From: Stenotrophomonas phage BUCTxx100
Strand: one strand, 5' to 3'
Length of the DNA stretch: 40,000 nt
Sequence record: OR529409.1
Shown here piece by piece: positions 17,772 through 26,681 of the stretch. Numbering within the stretch: position 1 is the stretch's first letter; every line of letters starts with the position of its first letter. A model generated the notes under the pieces. The model saw only the letters and a list, made by a program, of their open reading frames with translations. It had not been told where the DNA came from and searched no databases. Both the position numbers and the translations under genes were made by a program.

Positions 17772-18767
17772 TTAAAGTGGGGAACAGCCCTTAATAGTTT
17801 TAGCAATAGAAGAGATCGTATCCATAAACTCGTTCGTGTTACTTATAATGCTTGAACAAAGTTTAAGAATATTCTTAAGTCCATCGATAAAGGGTTTGTC
17901 CAATTGTTTATCCAGATCATTCCCTTTGTTCATTTCTTCTTCTAATTTATGAATTTTCTTTTCAAGATCAGATTTAGACGATTTGATATTTTCTAAGTTA
18001 TTGGAAATTGCGTTAATGAACGATGAGGAATGTGACAAGAATGTGGAAGCCGAGTTGAGGTCTTTAATCCCAGCCACTTCCTTTTTAGCCTGAACCATTC
18101 CGTTTAAAACAGGTTGGGAGCCCTGAACCAACGCAGATATTTTTCTACTGATGGTCTCCCCGTATCCTTCGGGAGTAATGGCCGGAGATTCCACTTTCTT
18201 AATTTTTTCAAGCTGATCTAAAAAGCCGGCATGAAGAGATTCAAGTTTTTTGCTTTGCTTGTCAAAAGAGCTAGACTGTTCCGCATTAAATTCAAAAACT
18301 TTCTTAGCGACTTCTTTTACGCTGGCGGCCGGGACGACGTTAATCCCATTACGTTTAAGGATGTTCCTTAATTCTTCCTTTCGCTGGGCTGCCTGCTGAC
18401 CTGTTTTAGATGAGATCTTTTCGACCATTGCGTTGGCTTGAGCCAGAGTCATCTCCGGAGGAGACTGGACTTCTTTAATGGTCTCTTGGGCTTCTTTAAC
18501 CTCTGTTTTGACCGCTTCAACTTTCTTCTTAGAAGATCCCCCGAATACCCAATCGAAGATCTTTTTAAACATCCCTTTAATGTACTCCCACGCTTTCTTT
18601 ATTCCGTCTGAGACGGTATCTGCAAACCCTTCGTTACCAGAAACAAACGTATTGCTGGGTTCGTTAGCCCAAAGTACACCGCCTAAGTAACGTGAAGCGT
18701 ACGTTTCATTCCCGCTGATGCGGTCATACAACCCGTTGAAAACGAGTTCAATGTGATCGTTGTTCAT
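17772..18767 (-). CDS. Hypothetical protein (331 aa), possible virion/inner-body-type protein
   Basis: Helix-rich with N-terminal aromatic/basic amphipathic segment GIKKAWEYIKGMFKKIFDWVFG followed by predicted coiled coil. Virion assignment is a guess. Confidence 0.7.
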   Translation of the reverse strand: MNNDHIELVFNGLYDRISGNETYASRYLGGVLWANEPSNTFVSGNEGFADTVSDGIKKAWEYIKGMFKKIFDWVFGGSSKKKVEAVKTEVKEAQETIKEVQSPPEMTLAQANAMVEKISSKTGQQAAQRKEELRNILKRNGINVVPAASVKEVAKKVFEFNAEQSSSFDKQSKKLESLHAGFLDQLEKIKKVESPAITPEGYGETISRKISALVQGSQPVLNGMVQAKKEVAGIKDLNSASTFLSHSSSFINAISNNLENIKSSKSDLEKKIHKLEEEMNKGNDLDKQLDKPFIDGLKNILKLCSSIISNTNEFMDTISSIAKTIKGCSPL

Positions 18768-18776
18768 TTAATTTTC

Positions 18777-19889
18777 CTATTTAGAAAGTTTATTTTGTTT
18801 TAACATGGCGGTGACTTGTTCTAGATATTGCACTTGCAACGGACCTGGAACGAAATGCTTAATCATTCCTTTGATATCCTGCCTAGCCCAAACATCGATA
18901 TGACCATTGACCGTCCCCATTGCGTTGAAGCTTTTATTATTGAGCGCCAAACTAAGTGTCAATAGCTTCATTATTGGGAATTGCCAAATGGCGTTTGTTT
19001 GACTATATCGATTGTATCTCTTCGCATCTACAATGAGAGGGTTGACATCCATCGTCATAAAGTCGCCTATTCTCTGTATGACGTGTTCAGGAGAATAGCT
19101 CGGTGTTAGCGTTAAAGTCTCGACCAAGAAGGTTAAGAATCCTTTGAGTAATTCACCCACTGGATTGATATTGAACTCCCCCTTGACTACCGTTAATTGG
19201 TCGTCGATATTCTCACCGTTGACTACGACGTTATAGAGCGAATTGAATACACTCAATTGATGCTGCAAACACCTTGCGTTGATTAGAGGAGTGCCGGCTA
19301 AATAACGATGAGGACCTAATCCAGTTTCTGATCCTTCAGCTAACCGTTCGTTAAGGTAACGCCAATACCCTATACCCAAAGCCGTGATATCCACCCCTAT
19401 TACTGCGAACCCGCCATAATTCATCGGATCGTTTTTGAGCGAAGTGGTATTAGTGTAACGGATGTCCGTCTCGGTGCTAATCAGCGGGATGATGCTGCAA
19501 ATGTCTCTTTCGTCTAAATCGAAATAATCGTCGAGGTTATCTTTAGCCGGATAAGAGACCAACATTTCAGTTAACCCATTTCCGTACATCACGTTTTGTT
19601 TTACGACGCCTTTATTGTATATAGACGTGATTCCGATAGTGGACGCCCAACTATCTACCTGCATCTCGATCATTGCTTTAAGGTAGGTGGGATCCCATTC
19701 AGGTTGAATGTTCATTAATGAAAGTAGCTGAACCAAAGGATGTTGGTTCTGTAAAACGTAGGTGGTATTGTCGTTCCGTGCGATCCACTGATTACGATTA
19801 AAATCCAAGATACGTATTACATTACTGAGCCTACCATATTTATAGACGGCAGGACGATGATCGGTTGTTATTAATTTTAAAGGTTTCAT
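18777..19889 (-). CDS. Hypothetical protein (370 aa)
   Basis: Long ORF, operon with 17772-18767. Confidence 0.8.
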   Translation of the reverse strand: MKPLKLITTDHRPAVYKYGRLSNVIRILDFNRNQWIARNDNTTYVLQNQHPLVQLLSLMNIQPEWDPTYLKAMIEMQVDSWASTIGITSIYNKGVVKQNVMYGNGLTEMLVSYPAKDNLDDYFDLDERDICSIIPLISTETDIRYTNTTSLKNDPMNYGGFAVIGVDITALGIGYWRYLNERLAEGSETGLGPHRYLAGTPLINARCLQHQLSVFNSLYNVVVNGENIDDQLTVVKGEFNINPVGELLKGFLTFLVETLTLTPSYSPEHVIQRIGDFMTMDVNPLIVDAKRYNRYSQTNAIWQFPIMKLLTLSLALNNKSFNAMGTVNGHIDVWARQDIKGMIKHFVPGPLQVQYLEQVTAMLKQNKLSK

Positions 19890-20148
19890 TGTAGTCCTGT
19901 TAGTAACTCAGTATTATGTTATTACATATATCTATTATATGTAAACAAACACACCTCTCCGAAAGGAGGGGAGACCAATGCCGCGGAGTAAAAATCCGTT
20001 AAGCATAAAATCGATCAGTTTTTACCACCCCTAAATAATTTCAGACCGATATTATTTAGGTAGATAAACAACACAAATGTTTATCTGTTTTGATCAAACT
20101 TAATAACATCCCCCTTTATAAAAAGCTAATAGCTATTAGGAGTTAAGA

Positions 20149-22161
20149 ATGTCCGACAATCAAAATGGCAACAACTGGGAACAAACCGTCCTGAACACCG
20201 CTGCTGGTAAAGGAGAGCCGATCGTCTCTGCTTCTGCCGAGAATTTCGGTTCTCAGCTGCTCGGTCTGCTCGGCCAGGCTTCTCTTCTGGGTTCTTCCAA
20301 GAACGTGCCGGAAGTAGAAGAAACCGCGGCTCTGATCAAGAAACGCGTAACCGATCTGAAAAACGGTACGCCGGGCGAAACCCAGAAGAAGATCCTGCCG
20401 GAAGTGAACATCATCACCAAACCGATCATCTCTGCACTGCCGGGCATCGTGCTCTCCCTGCACATGAACAACAACCCTGCGGTATACGTCATGCCGGTGC
20501 TGTTCTCTAACCGTCATCTGACCAATACCCTGGAAGAGATCCAGATCGACAACGGCGTTAACCAACAGCGCAAAATGTCCATGCCGTTTACCCCGGATTC
20601 CTACGCTCGTGCTGATCTGTTCGAACAGATCAAAATGCACTACAAAGCGATGCTCCAGGATAAAGGTGTGAGCGAATGCGTGATCATCAACGTGATGGTT
20701 ATCGACCTGGAACAGATCGTTGGTGACGATGTTCTGAATCAGGGCAAATCGCCGCTGCTGCGTGATGAAATCATGCGTAGCTGGGAACAGGGTCTGATGG
20801 TACAGATCGCGAAAATCGCAGCCAACCAGCCGAAAGCTTCTCTGCCTTCTCCGTTCTCTGCGACCGGTGGCAAAGCCTATGGCCAGCACGGTAATGCGAT
20901 TGCTCGCGTTGAACCGATCCGCGGTCAGTATGTTAACGAAGGCCTGCTGTCTCCGGCGAACCTGACCATCCGCATGCAAACTGCTAACCATAACGGTTAT
21001 CAGGGTAACGCGGAACAGTCCCGTGAAATCGTCAACACCTACGCGACCGTTAGCCTGATGGGTTCTCCGATCCAGCAGTTCAACCCGCAGCTGACCGGTA
21101 ACATTCCGCAGCCGTACCTGCAGACCCCTAACGGTCGTCCTCAGGGCTACACCCCGCTGCAGCCGGTGGTTATTATGAACCACGCTAAAGCTGGCGAAGT
21201 GCTGGGCGATGCGACTGGCCTGTCGACCTACTTCATGGGTCTGTTCTCTCTGATGGCGACCAACAGCAACTACCTGTTTGCTGAAGCTCTGCGTTCTAAG
21301 AACGTAGGTTCTCGTGGCTCCCTGACTGATATGGAACACCGCATCCGTCAGATGGAAAATGGATTACCTCCGCGCACTAAGGGTACTGAGATGACCGACG
21401 CTAAACTGTCGGATATCGATTTCACCACTAACTGGATTCGCGCCAATATTGGACCTAAAGCAGTCTTTGCTGCTGACCTGATCCAGTTCGGCCCGGATGC
21501 GGCAATCTCCAACTTCCTGTTCAACCTCACCTCCGGTGCGAAAGACTACAGCAAATGCGTGAAAACCGTTATTGCTATCGTCGATTCCATCTCCGGTGAT
21601 GCGAAAGCCATGTCTGCGGTTATCGCAGAAAACCAGGCCAACAACAATGGTAACGGCGGATGGATTCCAGGTAAACCGGTACTGCACGTTTCTAACGCGC
21701 TGATCCCGGTCGGTACTGCTGTACTGGATAACAAACGCATTGCGCTCGGCGAAGTGGACGAGATGTTCCTGTCCAAGCACTACAAAGATCAGATCACCCC
21801 GATGAACCAGTACCTGGAAAACATGTACGGGTCTAACCCGAACGTGCCGGAAAAACTGCGTCGCTACAATCTGTTGATCCAGCTGTCCACCATCTTCTCT
21901 GAAGGTGTAAACCTGTTCGGCTTCGCTCGTCGTTGCTACTGGGATCCGCTGTTCATGGATGCGTTCACTAAAGCGATGAACACCATCGGTTCTCTGCAGG
22001 TTACTGGCTCTATGGGTCAGTTCGCTGCTAACGTTCAGGTCTTCGCTCCTGGCCAGCAGTATATCTCTCAGGCAACTGCTGGTAACTCCGGTGGCGTCGT
22101 TCTGGGTAACGGTATGATGCTGGGTGCAGGCGGCGGTCTGGTGTTTGGCCCGTCCTACTAA
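20149..22161 (+). CDS. Very highly expressed phage protein (670 aa); candidate nuclear shell protein (chimallin, ChmA)
   Basis: Strong RBS (TAGGAG), own terminator, extreme preference for E. coli-optimal codons (CTG, AAA, GGT, ACC, CGT) unlike neighbours, Gly/Asn/Gln-rich, location between the PhuZ-like gene and RNAP beta'. ChmA assignment is inference, not recognised motifs. Confidence 0.4.
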   Translation: MSDNQNGNNWEQTVLNTAAGKGEPIVSASAENFGSQLLGLLGQASLLGSSKNVPEVEETAALIKKRVTDLKNGTPGETQKKILPEVNIITKPIISALPGIVLSLHMNNNPAVYVMPVLFSNRHLTNTLEEIQIDNGVNQQRKMSMPFTPDSYARADLFEQIKMHYKAMLQDKGVSECVIINVMVIDLEQIVGDDVLNQGKSPLLRDEIMRSWEQGLMVQIAKIAANQPKASLPSPFSATGGKAYGQHGNAIARVEPIRGQYVNEGLLSPANLTIRMQTANHNGYQGNAEQSREIVNTYATVSLMGSPIQQFNPQLTGNIPQPYLQTPNGRPQGYTPLQPVVIMNHAKAGEVLGDATGLSTYFMGLFSLMATNSNYLFAEALRSKNVGSRGSLTDMEHRIRQMENGLPPRTKGTEMTDAKLSDIDFTTNWIRANIGPKAVFAADLIQFGPDAAISNFLFNLTSGAKDYSKCVKTVIAIVDSISGDAKAMSAVIAENQANNNGNGGWIPGKPVLHVSNALIPVGTAVLDNKRIALGEVDEMFLSKHYKDQITPMNQYLENMYGSNPNVPEKLRRYNLLIQLSTIFSEGVNLFGFARRCYWDPLFMDAFTKAMNTIGSLQVTGSMGQFAANVQVFAPGQQYISQATAGNSGGVVLGNGMMLGAGGGLVFGPSY

Positions 22162-22185
22162 GAGTTCGGCTGTAAGCTCACTAAA

Positions 22186-22213
22186 GGAGGAGGCGGAAGC
22201 CTCCTCCCTTTTT
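22186..22213 (+). terminator. Hairpin terminator after the 670-aa gene
   Basis: GGAGGAGGC-GGAA-GCCTCCTCC followed by CTTTTTT. Confidence 0.85.
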
Positions 22214-22247
22214 TATGCATTTCATTTTTTGAGTGAACGGAGACGTT

Positions 22248-23852
22248 ATGGATCAGTACGGTGATCGTATTATTGATGCATTAACAGCGCCTGAATTTTC
22301 ATCATTGCAACCAGAGGCTCAGTTTAAAACTTATGCCGAACAATACGGTGGTGACCTTTCTGACGACAAACGTTTTTATGAACCCCTTTATCCCGACTTC
22401 ACTGACTATAACCGTTTGCATGATACTGCTAAGGTCGATCCGGTTTACCTGAACGATTTCGATTTTTGTTTGGAAGAAGACCGAGAACGAATCGCATCTT
22501 TGATTCGTATGGACTTCAACACCGACACATTCGAAACCGTCGCGAGATGTAGCTGTGGGCATCTGAAGGGCAACTATTTGTTGGGTCAGAAAAGATCGTG
22601 TCCCATCTGTCAATCCCTCGTAGAGAAAGTCGTAGAGACTTCCTTAGATACTAAGGTATGGGTCAGGGTTCCAGAAGGTGTAGTTGGATTTATCAGTCCG
22701 GCTTATTACAAAACCTTCTTATCGAAGATCGCGACCAATTCTCCAAAGATTGAGATCGTGACTTGGCTCATCGATCCGTCTTATCGCCGGGGAAGCCGAG
22801 CTCAGCATACTGAGTCTGGTCGTCGGATGTTGGCTGAACTCGATAAACTCGGAATAGTGCCCGGGCTTAACAGCTTTATATTGAACGCGGACAGATTCAT
22901 GGAACACTTCCTTGTTGGTGAAGGAAGAGGTGCTGTGAGCATGAAGCCGGCTGATGGTAAAAAGCATTTGGATAAGTATTACGAATATCGTCATCTTATC
23001 TTCCCGCGCTATTTGTCCGTACCCAATAAACTCGCCACCATCATCGAGCAAGATGGTAAAGATAAGTACGTTTCTTCAACCCAATTGAAAACCTCGGCAA
23101 TCTACCAATCTATTGCAGATACGAGAGATTCTACTGAGTTTTATAAATGTACGATTAAGGATCTTAAGGAGAACGCTGATATCGTCGGGAAGGCGATAGT
23201 TCGATTAGGTAAGCAGAACTCTGATAACTATAAGAGTCAGCTGTTTGCTAAATCGAGCCTGATACGTAAACACGTCATCGCGGGATCGTTATCTTTATCA
23301 GGCCGTGGTGTTATCACATCAACGACTGGGTTGCATGATGCCGGTGTTGCTAAGATACCTTGGATCATGGCAGTAGCTATGCTGAAGAAACACATCTTGG
23401 GCTATCTTTACCGTTTAGGGTACAGTCCACTGAAAGCTGAAAGTGTAATCAGCACAGCAGCGCACCAAGTCGTCCCGGTAATCGATCAATTCTTTACCAA
23501 GCACGAAAAGCAAAAAGACATTGTCTGCATTTTAGGAAGAAACCCATCAATTCAGTACCTGTCAGCAAAAGCCTTCTTTATGTCGATCAACCGAGATTTA
23601 GAAGACGAGTCGATAAACTTACCAATACTCTCAGTTAAAACCTTTAATGCTGACTTCGACGGCGATACGATGTATTGCTACGTCCTCAGCGATTTGAAAG
23701 GCAAAGCCAAAGCGTATGGGTCGTTCGGTCATCAGTCCATGCTTGATGAAAACGAACCATTTACAATAAGTCGATTTGCTGATCAAACTTCAACGAATTT
23801 GATGAACCTCAACAACATGATGAGAGGAACACCAATCAATGAATGCGGCTGA
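22248..23852 (+). CDS. Phage multisubunit RNA polymerase beta'-like subunit, N-terminal/catalytic part
   Basis: Catalytic NADFDGDTMYCYVLSDLKGKAKAYG, zinc-finger-like CSCGHLKGNYLLGQKRSCPICQ near the N-terminus. ATG 22248 preceded by CGGAGACG is a better start than GTG 22233. Confidence 0.85.
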   Translation: MDQYGDRIIDALTAPEFSSLQPEAQFKTYAEQYGGDLSDDKRFYEPLYPDFTDYNRLHDTAKVDPVYLNDFDFCLEEDRERIASLIRMDFNTDTFETVARCSCGHLKGNYLLGQKRSCPICQSLVEKVVETSLDTKVWVRVPEGVVGFISPAYYKTFLSKIATNSPKIEIVTWLIDPSYRRGSRAQHTESGRRMLAELDKLGIVPGLNSFILNADRFMEHFLVGEGRGAVSMKPADGKKHLDKYYEYRHLIFPRYLSVPNKLATIIEQDGKDKYVSSTQLKTSAIYQSIADTRDSTEFYKCTIKDLKENADIVGKAIVRLGKQNSDNYKSQLFAKSSLIRKHVIAGSLSLSGRGVITSTTGLHDAGVAKIPWIMAVAMLKKHILGYLYRLGYSPLKAESVISTAAHQVVPVIDQFFTKHEKQKDIVCILGRNPSIQYLSAKAFFMSINRDLEDESINLPILSVKTFNADFDGDTMYCYVLSDLKGKAKAYGSFGHQSMLDENEPFTISRFADQTSTNLMNLNNMMRGTPINECG

Positions 23853-24474
23853 CGCGTTTAGCTTTAGTTGTGCCGGCGCTATTGACGAAGGTCGAATGCG
23901 TCAGTATGCCGGCTATGTCCAAATGAATTTTGATAACGTGAAAGGCATGGGAGGTTGGCTGGCGAAAGAAGCAGAAAAAACGTTAGACCGATTTTCTAAC
24001 TTCATGAATTCCAGGGCGTGGGAGTTATCCAAAATCCTAACGGGGAATGGCGATGGTGAATACGTAGGTCGATTCGACATCGGTTATTTAGGTTCCCTCA
24101 ACGCTCAACAGCAAGCCCAGGGGTTCATGCGGGATTACATCATGGCTAACCCATTGGTTATGCAGATGTATCTGGATGGAGGATTGGAAGGCTACGGTGG
24201 TGAGTTCTCCCCGTTCTGTAATGCCGTTGGTAAGAACAACGTTTTCTATCGTAACGCCACCCATGGTATAGTACAAACTGAAACTAAAGACGACGTTCAG
24301 AAAACTTGGTTCAGTCACTTTGGTGATGTGCCGGGCACAGGAATGTCCTTTAGGGAACAAGCAGACATCATGAGAACTTGGAAAGCGACCAATCACCTGA
24401 TAGGTTCTCAGCTCTTTGATATGACCTCACCATCGAATAAAAAGATGAATGAGGATAACGAAGAGGAAACATAA
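23839..24474 (+). CDS. Continuation of the beta'-like region, or separate RNAP-associated polypeptide (211 aa)
   Basis: Begins in another frame 14 nt before the stop of the NADFDGD-bearing ORF (ATGAATGCGGCTGA); no independent domain recognised. Confidence 0.6.
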   Translation: MNAADAFSFSCAGAIDEGRMRQYAGYVQMNFDNVKGMGGWLAKEAEKTLDRFSNFMNSRAWELSKILTGNGDGEYVGRFDIGYLGSLNAQQQAQGFMRDYIMANPLVMQMYLDGGLEGYGGEFSPFCNAVGKNNVFYRNATHGIVQTETKDDVQKTWFSHFGDVPGTGMSFREQADIMRTWKATNHLIGSQLFDMTSPSNKKMNEDNEEET

Positions 24475-24483
24475 ACATTTTTT

Positions 24484-24501
24484 GGGGGAGGAAACTCCCC
24501 C
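24484..24501 (+). terminator. Short hairpin, possible terminator/attenuator
   Basis: GGGGGAG-GAAA-CTCCCCC, no long T-tract on the 3' side. Confidence 0.4.
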
Positions 24502-24523
24502 ATTTAACATCGAGAGTAAACTT

Positions 24524-24886
24524 ATGAATAGCGAACAAACCAAACCCATGCATAGTGTTTTTATGCAAATCATCAGTTCCGAAGAAATCGGTAATTTGAA
24601 GAATGCTGTTCGGAATACCGAATTCCTTTTAGCCGAGTTAGGCGAATCGGAAGACGGCAAACCACTGGATCCATCCAATCTGATCTTTATCGTAACTGAT
24701 ATGTCTTTTGACGAGCACGGAAACCTGATGGGACGAGTAACCCCCACCGGTCCGTATAAGGATAAGGGCCGGGAATGGATCTCCACTAAAAAATATAAAA
24801 CACCTATTTTTAAGTTTATTCCGAGAGTGGCCACGAATAACCGCAACTGGACCTTCATCAATAAACTTGACGTGGTGGTCAAATAA
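24524..24886 (+). CDS. Hypothetical protein (MNSEQTKPMHSVFMQ...)
   Basis: In-frame internal ATG lies after the hairpin and is likelier than the track start 24449. Confidence 0.65.
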   Translation: MNSEQTKPMHSVFMQIISSEEIGNLKNAVRNTEFLLAELGESEDGKPLDPSNLIFIVTDMSFDEHGNLMGRVTPTGPYKDKGREWISTKKYKTPIFKFIPRVATNNRNWTFINKLDVVVK

Positions 24887-25248
24887 TGGAAAGCGCACGG
24901 GATTATACAGCGAAGATCAAATGGCCTTTTGTTGTTGTGTTTAATCTCAATGATGGTCCGGAGGAAACTTCCTCCGTGATCATTAAAACCAGGATCCCTT
25001 CTGGTGGATATAAGGAATTCCACATCTACTTAAAAGATTTAGTCGACCGTGCTCGTTTAAACGTTCGAGGGTCAATCTCGGATAAAGAAATCCTTGCCGA
25101 TATCAGCGAGTATTTTATTTCGTCTGTCGCTTCTAAATCAGCGGATAAGAAAACCTTGGCTGAAGCTTGTCGGTCGGTTTTAGAAGGTAGTGTGTTTAAT
25201 CGTAAGATATTCGTTCCCTTTTATGGGCTCAGGCCTAGGGAAGAATAA
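24886..25248 (+). CDS. Hypothetical protein (120 aa)
   Basis: Overlap with previous stop (TAATG). Confidence 0.65.
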   Translation: MESARDYTAKIKWPFVVVFNLNDGPEETSSVIIKTRIPSGGYKEFHIYLKDLVDRARLNVRGSISDKEILADISEYFISSVASKSADKKTLAEACRSVLEGSVFNRKIFVPFYGLRPREE

Positions 25249-25275
25249 TTGACATGCAGATAATTATACATCGAT

Positions 25276-25294
25276 ATTATCATGGTGTATAAAC
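25276..25294 (+). promoter_or_regulatory. Candidate phage promoter/regulatory motif ATTATCATGGTGTATAAAC
   Basis: Second copy of the motif at 1115-1131; precedes the 41-aa ORF. Confidence 0.4.
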
Positions 25295-25325
25295 AAATGA
25301 ATATTTTATTTATAAGGAATCTATT

Positions 25326-25451
25326 ATGTCAATCATCGCCTCTATCGCCATCGTTGTTATTATCACCGCAGTAGTTTACGTGCTCACCAAAGATGCCGTG
25401 GAAGAAATCTTCCCGGTGCGTAAAGAAATGGCTGTTCGTAACAAACGTTAA
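25326..25451 (+). CDS. Small single-pass membrane protein (41 aa): MSIIASIAIVVIITAVVYVLTKDAVEEIFPVRKEMAVRNKR
   Basis: Below the track's length cut-off. Has its own candidate promoter motif, upstream AAGGAA and its own terminator; well-biased codons. Confidence 0.65.
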   Translation: MSIIASIAIVVIITAVVYVLTKDAVEEIFPVRKEMAVRNKR

Positions 25452-25461
25452 TTTATTGTTA

Positions 25462-25483
25462 CTCCCCTCCGAAAGGAGGGGAG
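25462..25483 (+). terminator. Hairpin terminator
   Basis: CTCCCCTCC-GAAA-GGAGGGGAG, T-run at 25498 onward. Confidence 0.7.
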
Positions 25484-25509
25484 CCTAACCGCGATTATTT
25501 TTTTTTTTC

Positions 25510-25917
25510 ATGAGGTTCATGATGACCGGATTTTGCGTTGCAACAATGTCGACGTTGGGCTTTATAGCCGATGACGTTAAACTCGCTATGGACAGACATC
25601 TCACTTATTGGTTTGCATCCAGACGCGATCAAAATAAGTTAATAGGTGAAGTCGATTCCTTTGAATATCTTCTGATGACCTACCAAGGTAATCGGAGCGC
25701 TTTGGTCAGTAATGTCGAAAGCTCACTCAGGACTTACTTCCAGCAGATTTTCAGTACCGTAGAAGTTCAAGTGTCCGATTCCGATATGCCGGGTGAAACA
25801 GAAAACTTTACACTGGTCATGGCGCTTAGGGTGACACACGAAGGCGTCCCTTATGACCTTCAAAATGCCGTTATCGTATCCGGCGCTTCTTATACTCTTC
25901 TTCCGAGAGGTAACTAA
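25510..25917 (+). CDS. Hypothetical protein (135 aa)
   Basis: ORF in plus-strand operon. Confidence 0.65.
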   Translation: MRFMMTGFCVATMSTLGFIADDVKLAMDRHLTYWFASRRDQNKLIGEVDSFEYLLMTYQGNRSALVSNVESSLRTYFQQIFSTVEVQVSDSDMPGETENFTLVMALRVTHEGVPYDLQNAVIVSGASYTLLPRGN

Positions 25918-25919
25918 CA

Positions 25920-26681
25920 ATGTCCGACAAAATGCCATCCGAACACTACGCGCTTAAATTCTTAGAGGGCGGTGTCCCTAAAGTTATCAATGGTAAACGC
26001 TACCTGGAAATGAACGGCGAACTGGTGAACGTCGCTACTTCACTTTCAGAGGCGACCTTCGTCAGAGATTGGCTTCTCGGATTCTCGTTAGGTTATGTCG
26101 GCGAGAAGTCTTATTTTGATTTTGCACGGTGGATGGAAATTAGTAACGAAGGACGCTCGGCTGTTATCGTCCATGATAACGAAGACGAAAATAAACCTAT
26201 CTTTGTTGTTCCTCCTCTGACCGATACGAAAATGACGGCTCAGGAAATGGAAGTTCTTCAGGTAGCCGCTGGCGTGATGAGCAATGCTTATGGCGCGCAA
26301 TTCGGCGGATCGACCAGCAGAAGTACCGAAATACTTTTACAGGGCCTGTCCATTATCCAAAAGGGTCTGCAGTCTGGCGAATACACCATAACCGATCTCG
26401 TCCCACCCTTCATCTATGAAAAATACTCGATCAATCCTCGAGTATTTAAAAAGATGATGCATTGTAAAAATACCTTTGGGTTGGATACCAATGATGAGAG
26501 CTGGAAAGTATTAGAAGCTTGCTTCAGGGTCATCGACGAAGGTAAAGTGTTAAAACAACAACAGTACGACTTCTTAATGGCGATCACGCAAAATACAGCA
26601 ATCGTCCCCGATCAATGTAAACCTGACAGTAAAAATAAACAGGAAGATCAATTTACAGAGATCAACCCATTTGAGTGTTAA
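25920..26681 (+). CDS. Hypothetical protein (253 aa)
   Basis: Begins 3 nt after previous stop; upstream GAGAGG. Confidence 0.75.
   Translation: MSDKMPSEHYALKFLEGGVPKVINGKRYLEMNGELVNVATSLSEATFVRDWLLGFSLGYVGEKSYFDFARWMEISNEGRSAVIVHDNEDENKPIFVVPPLTDTKMTAQEMEVLQVAAGVMSNAYGAQFGGSTSRSTEILLQGLSIIQKGLQSGEYTITDLVPPFIYEKYSINPRVFKKMMHCKNTFGLDTNDESWKVLEACFRVIDEGKVLKQQQYDFLMAITQNTAIVPDQCKPDSKNKQEDQFTEINPFEC

Noticed and set aside
20143-21339. 398-aa minus-strand ORF (also 21364-21780 and other minus ORFs here)
   Set aside because: Antisense shadow of the strongly codon-biased 670-aa gene; Arg/His/Gln/Val-rich composition and no RBS.
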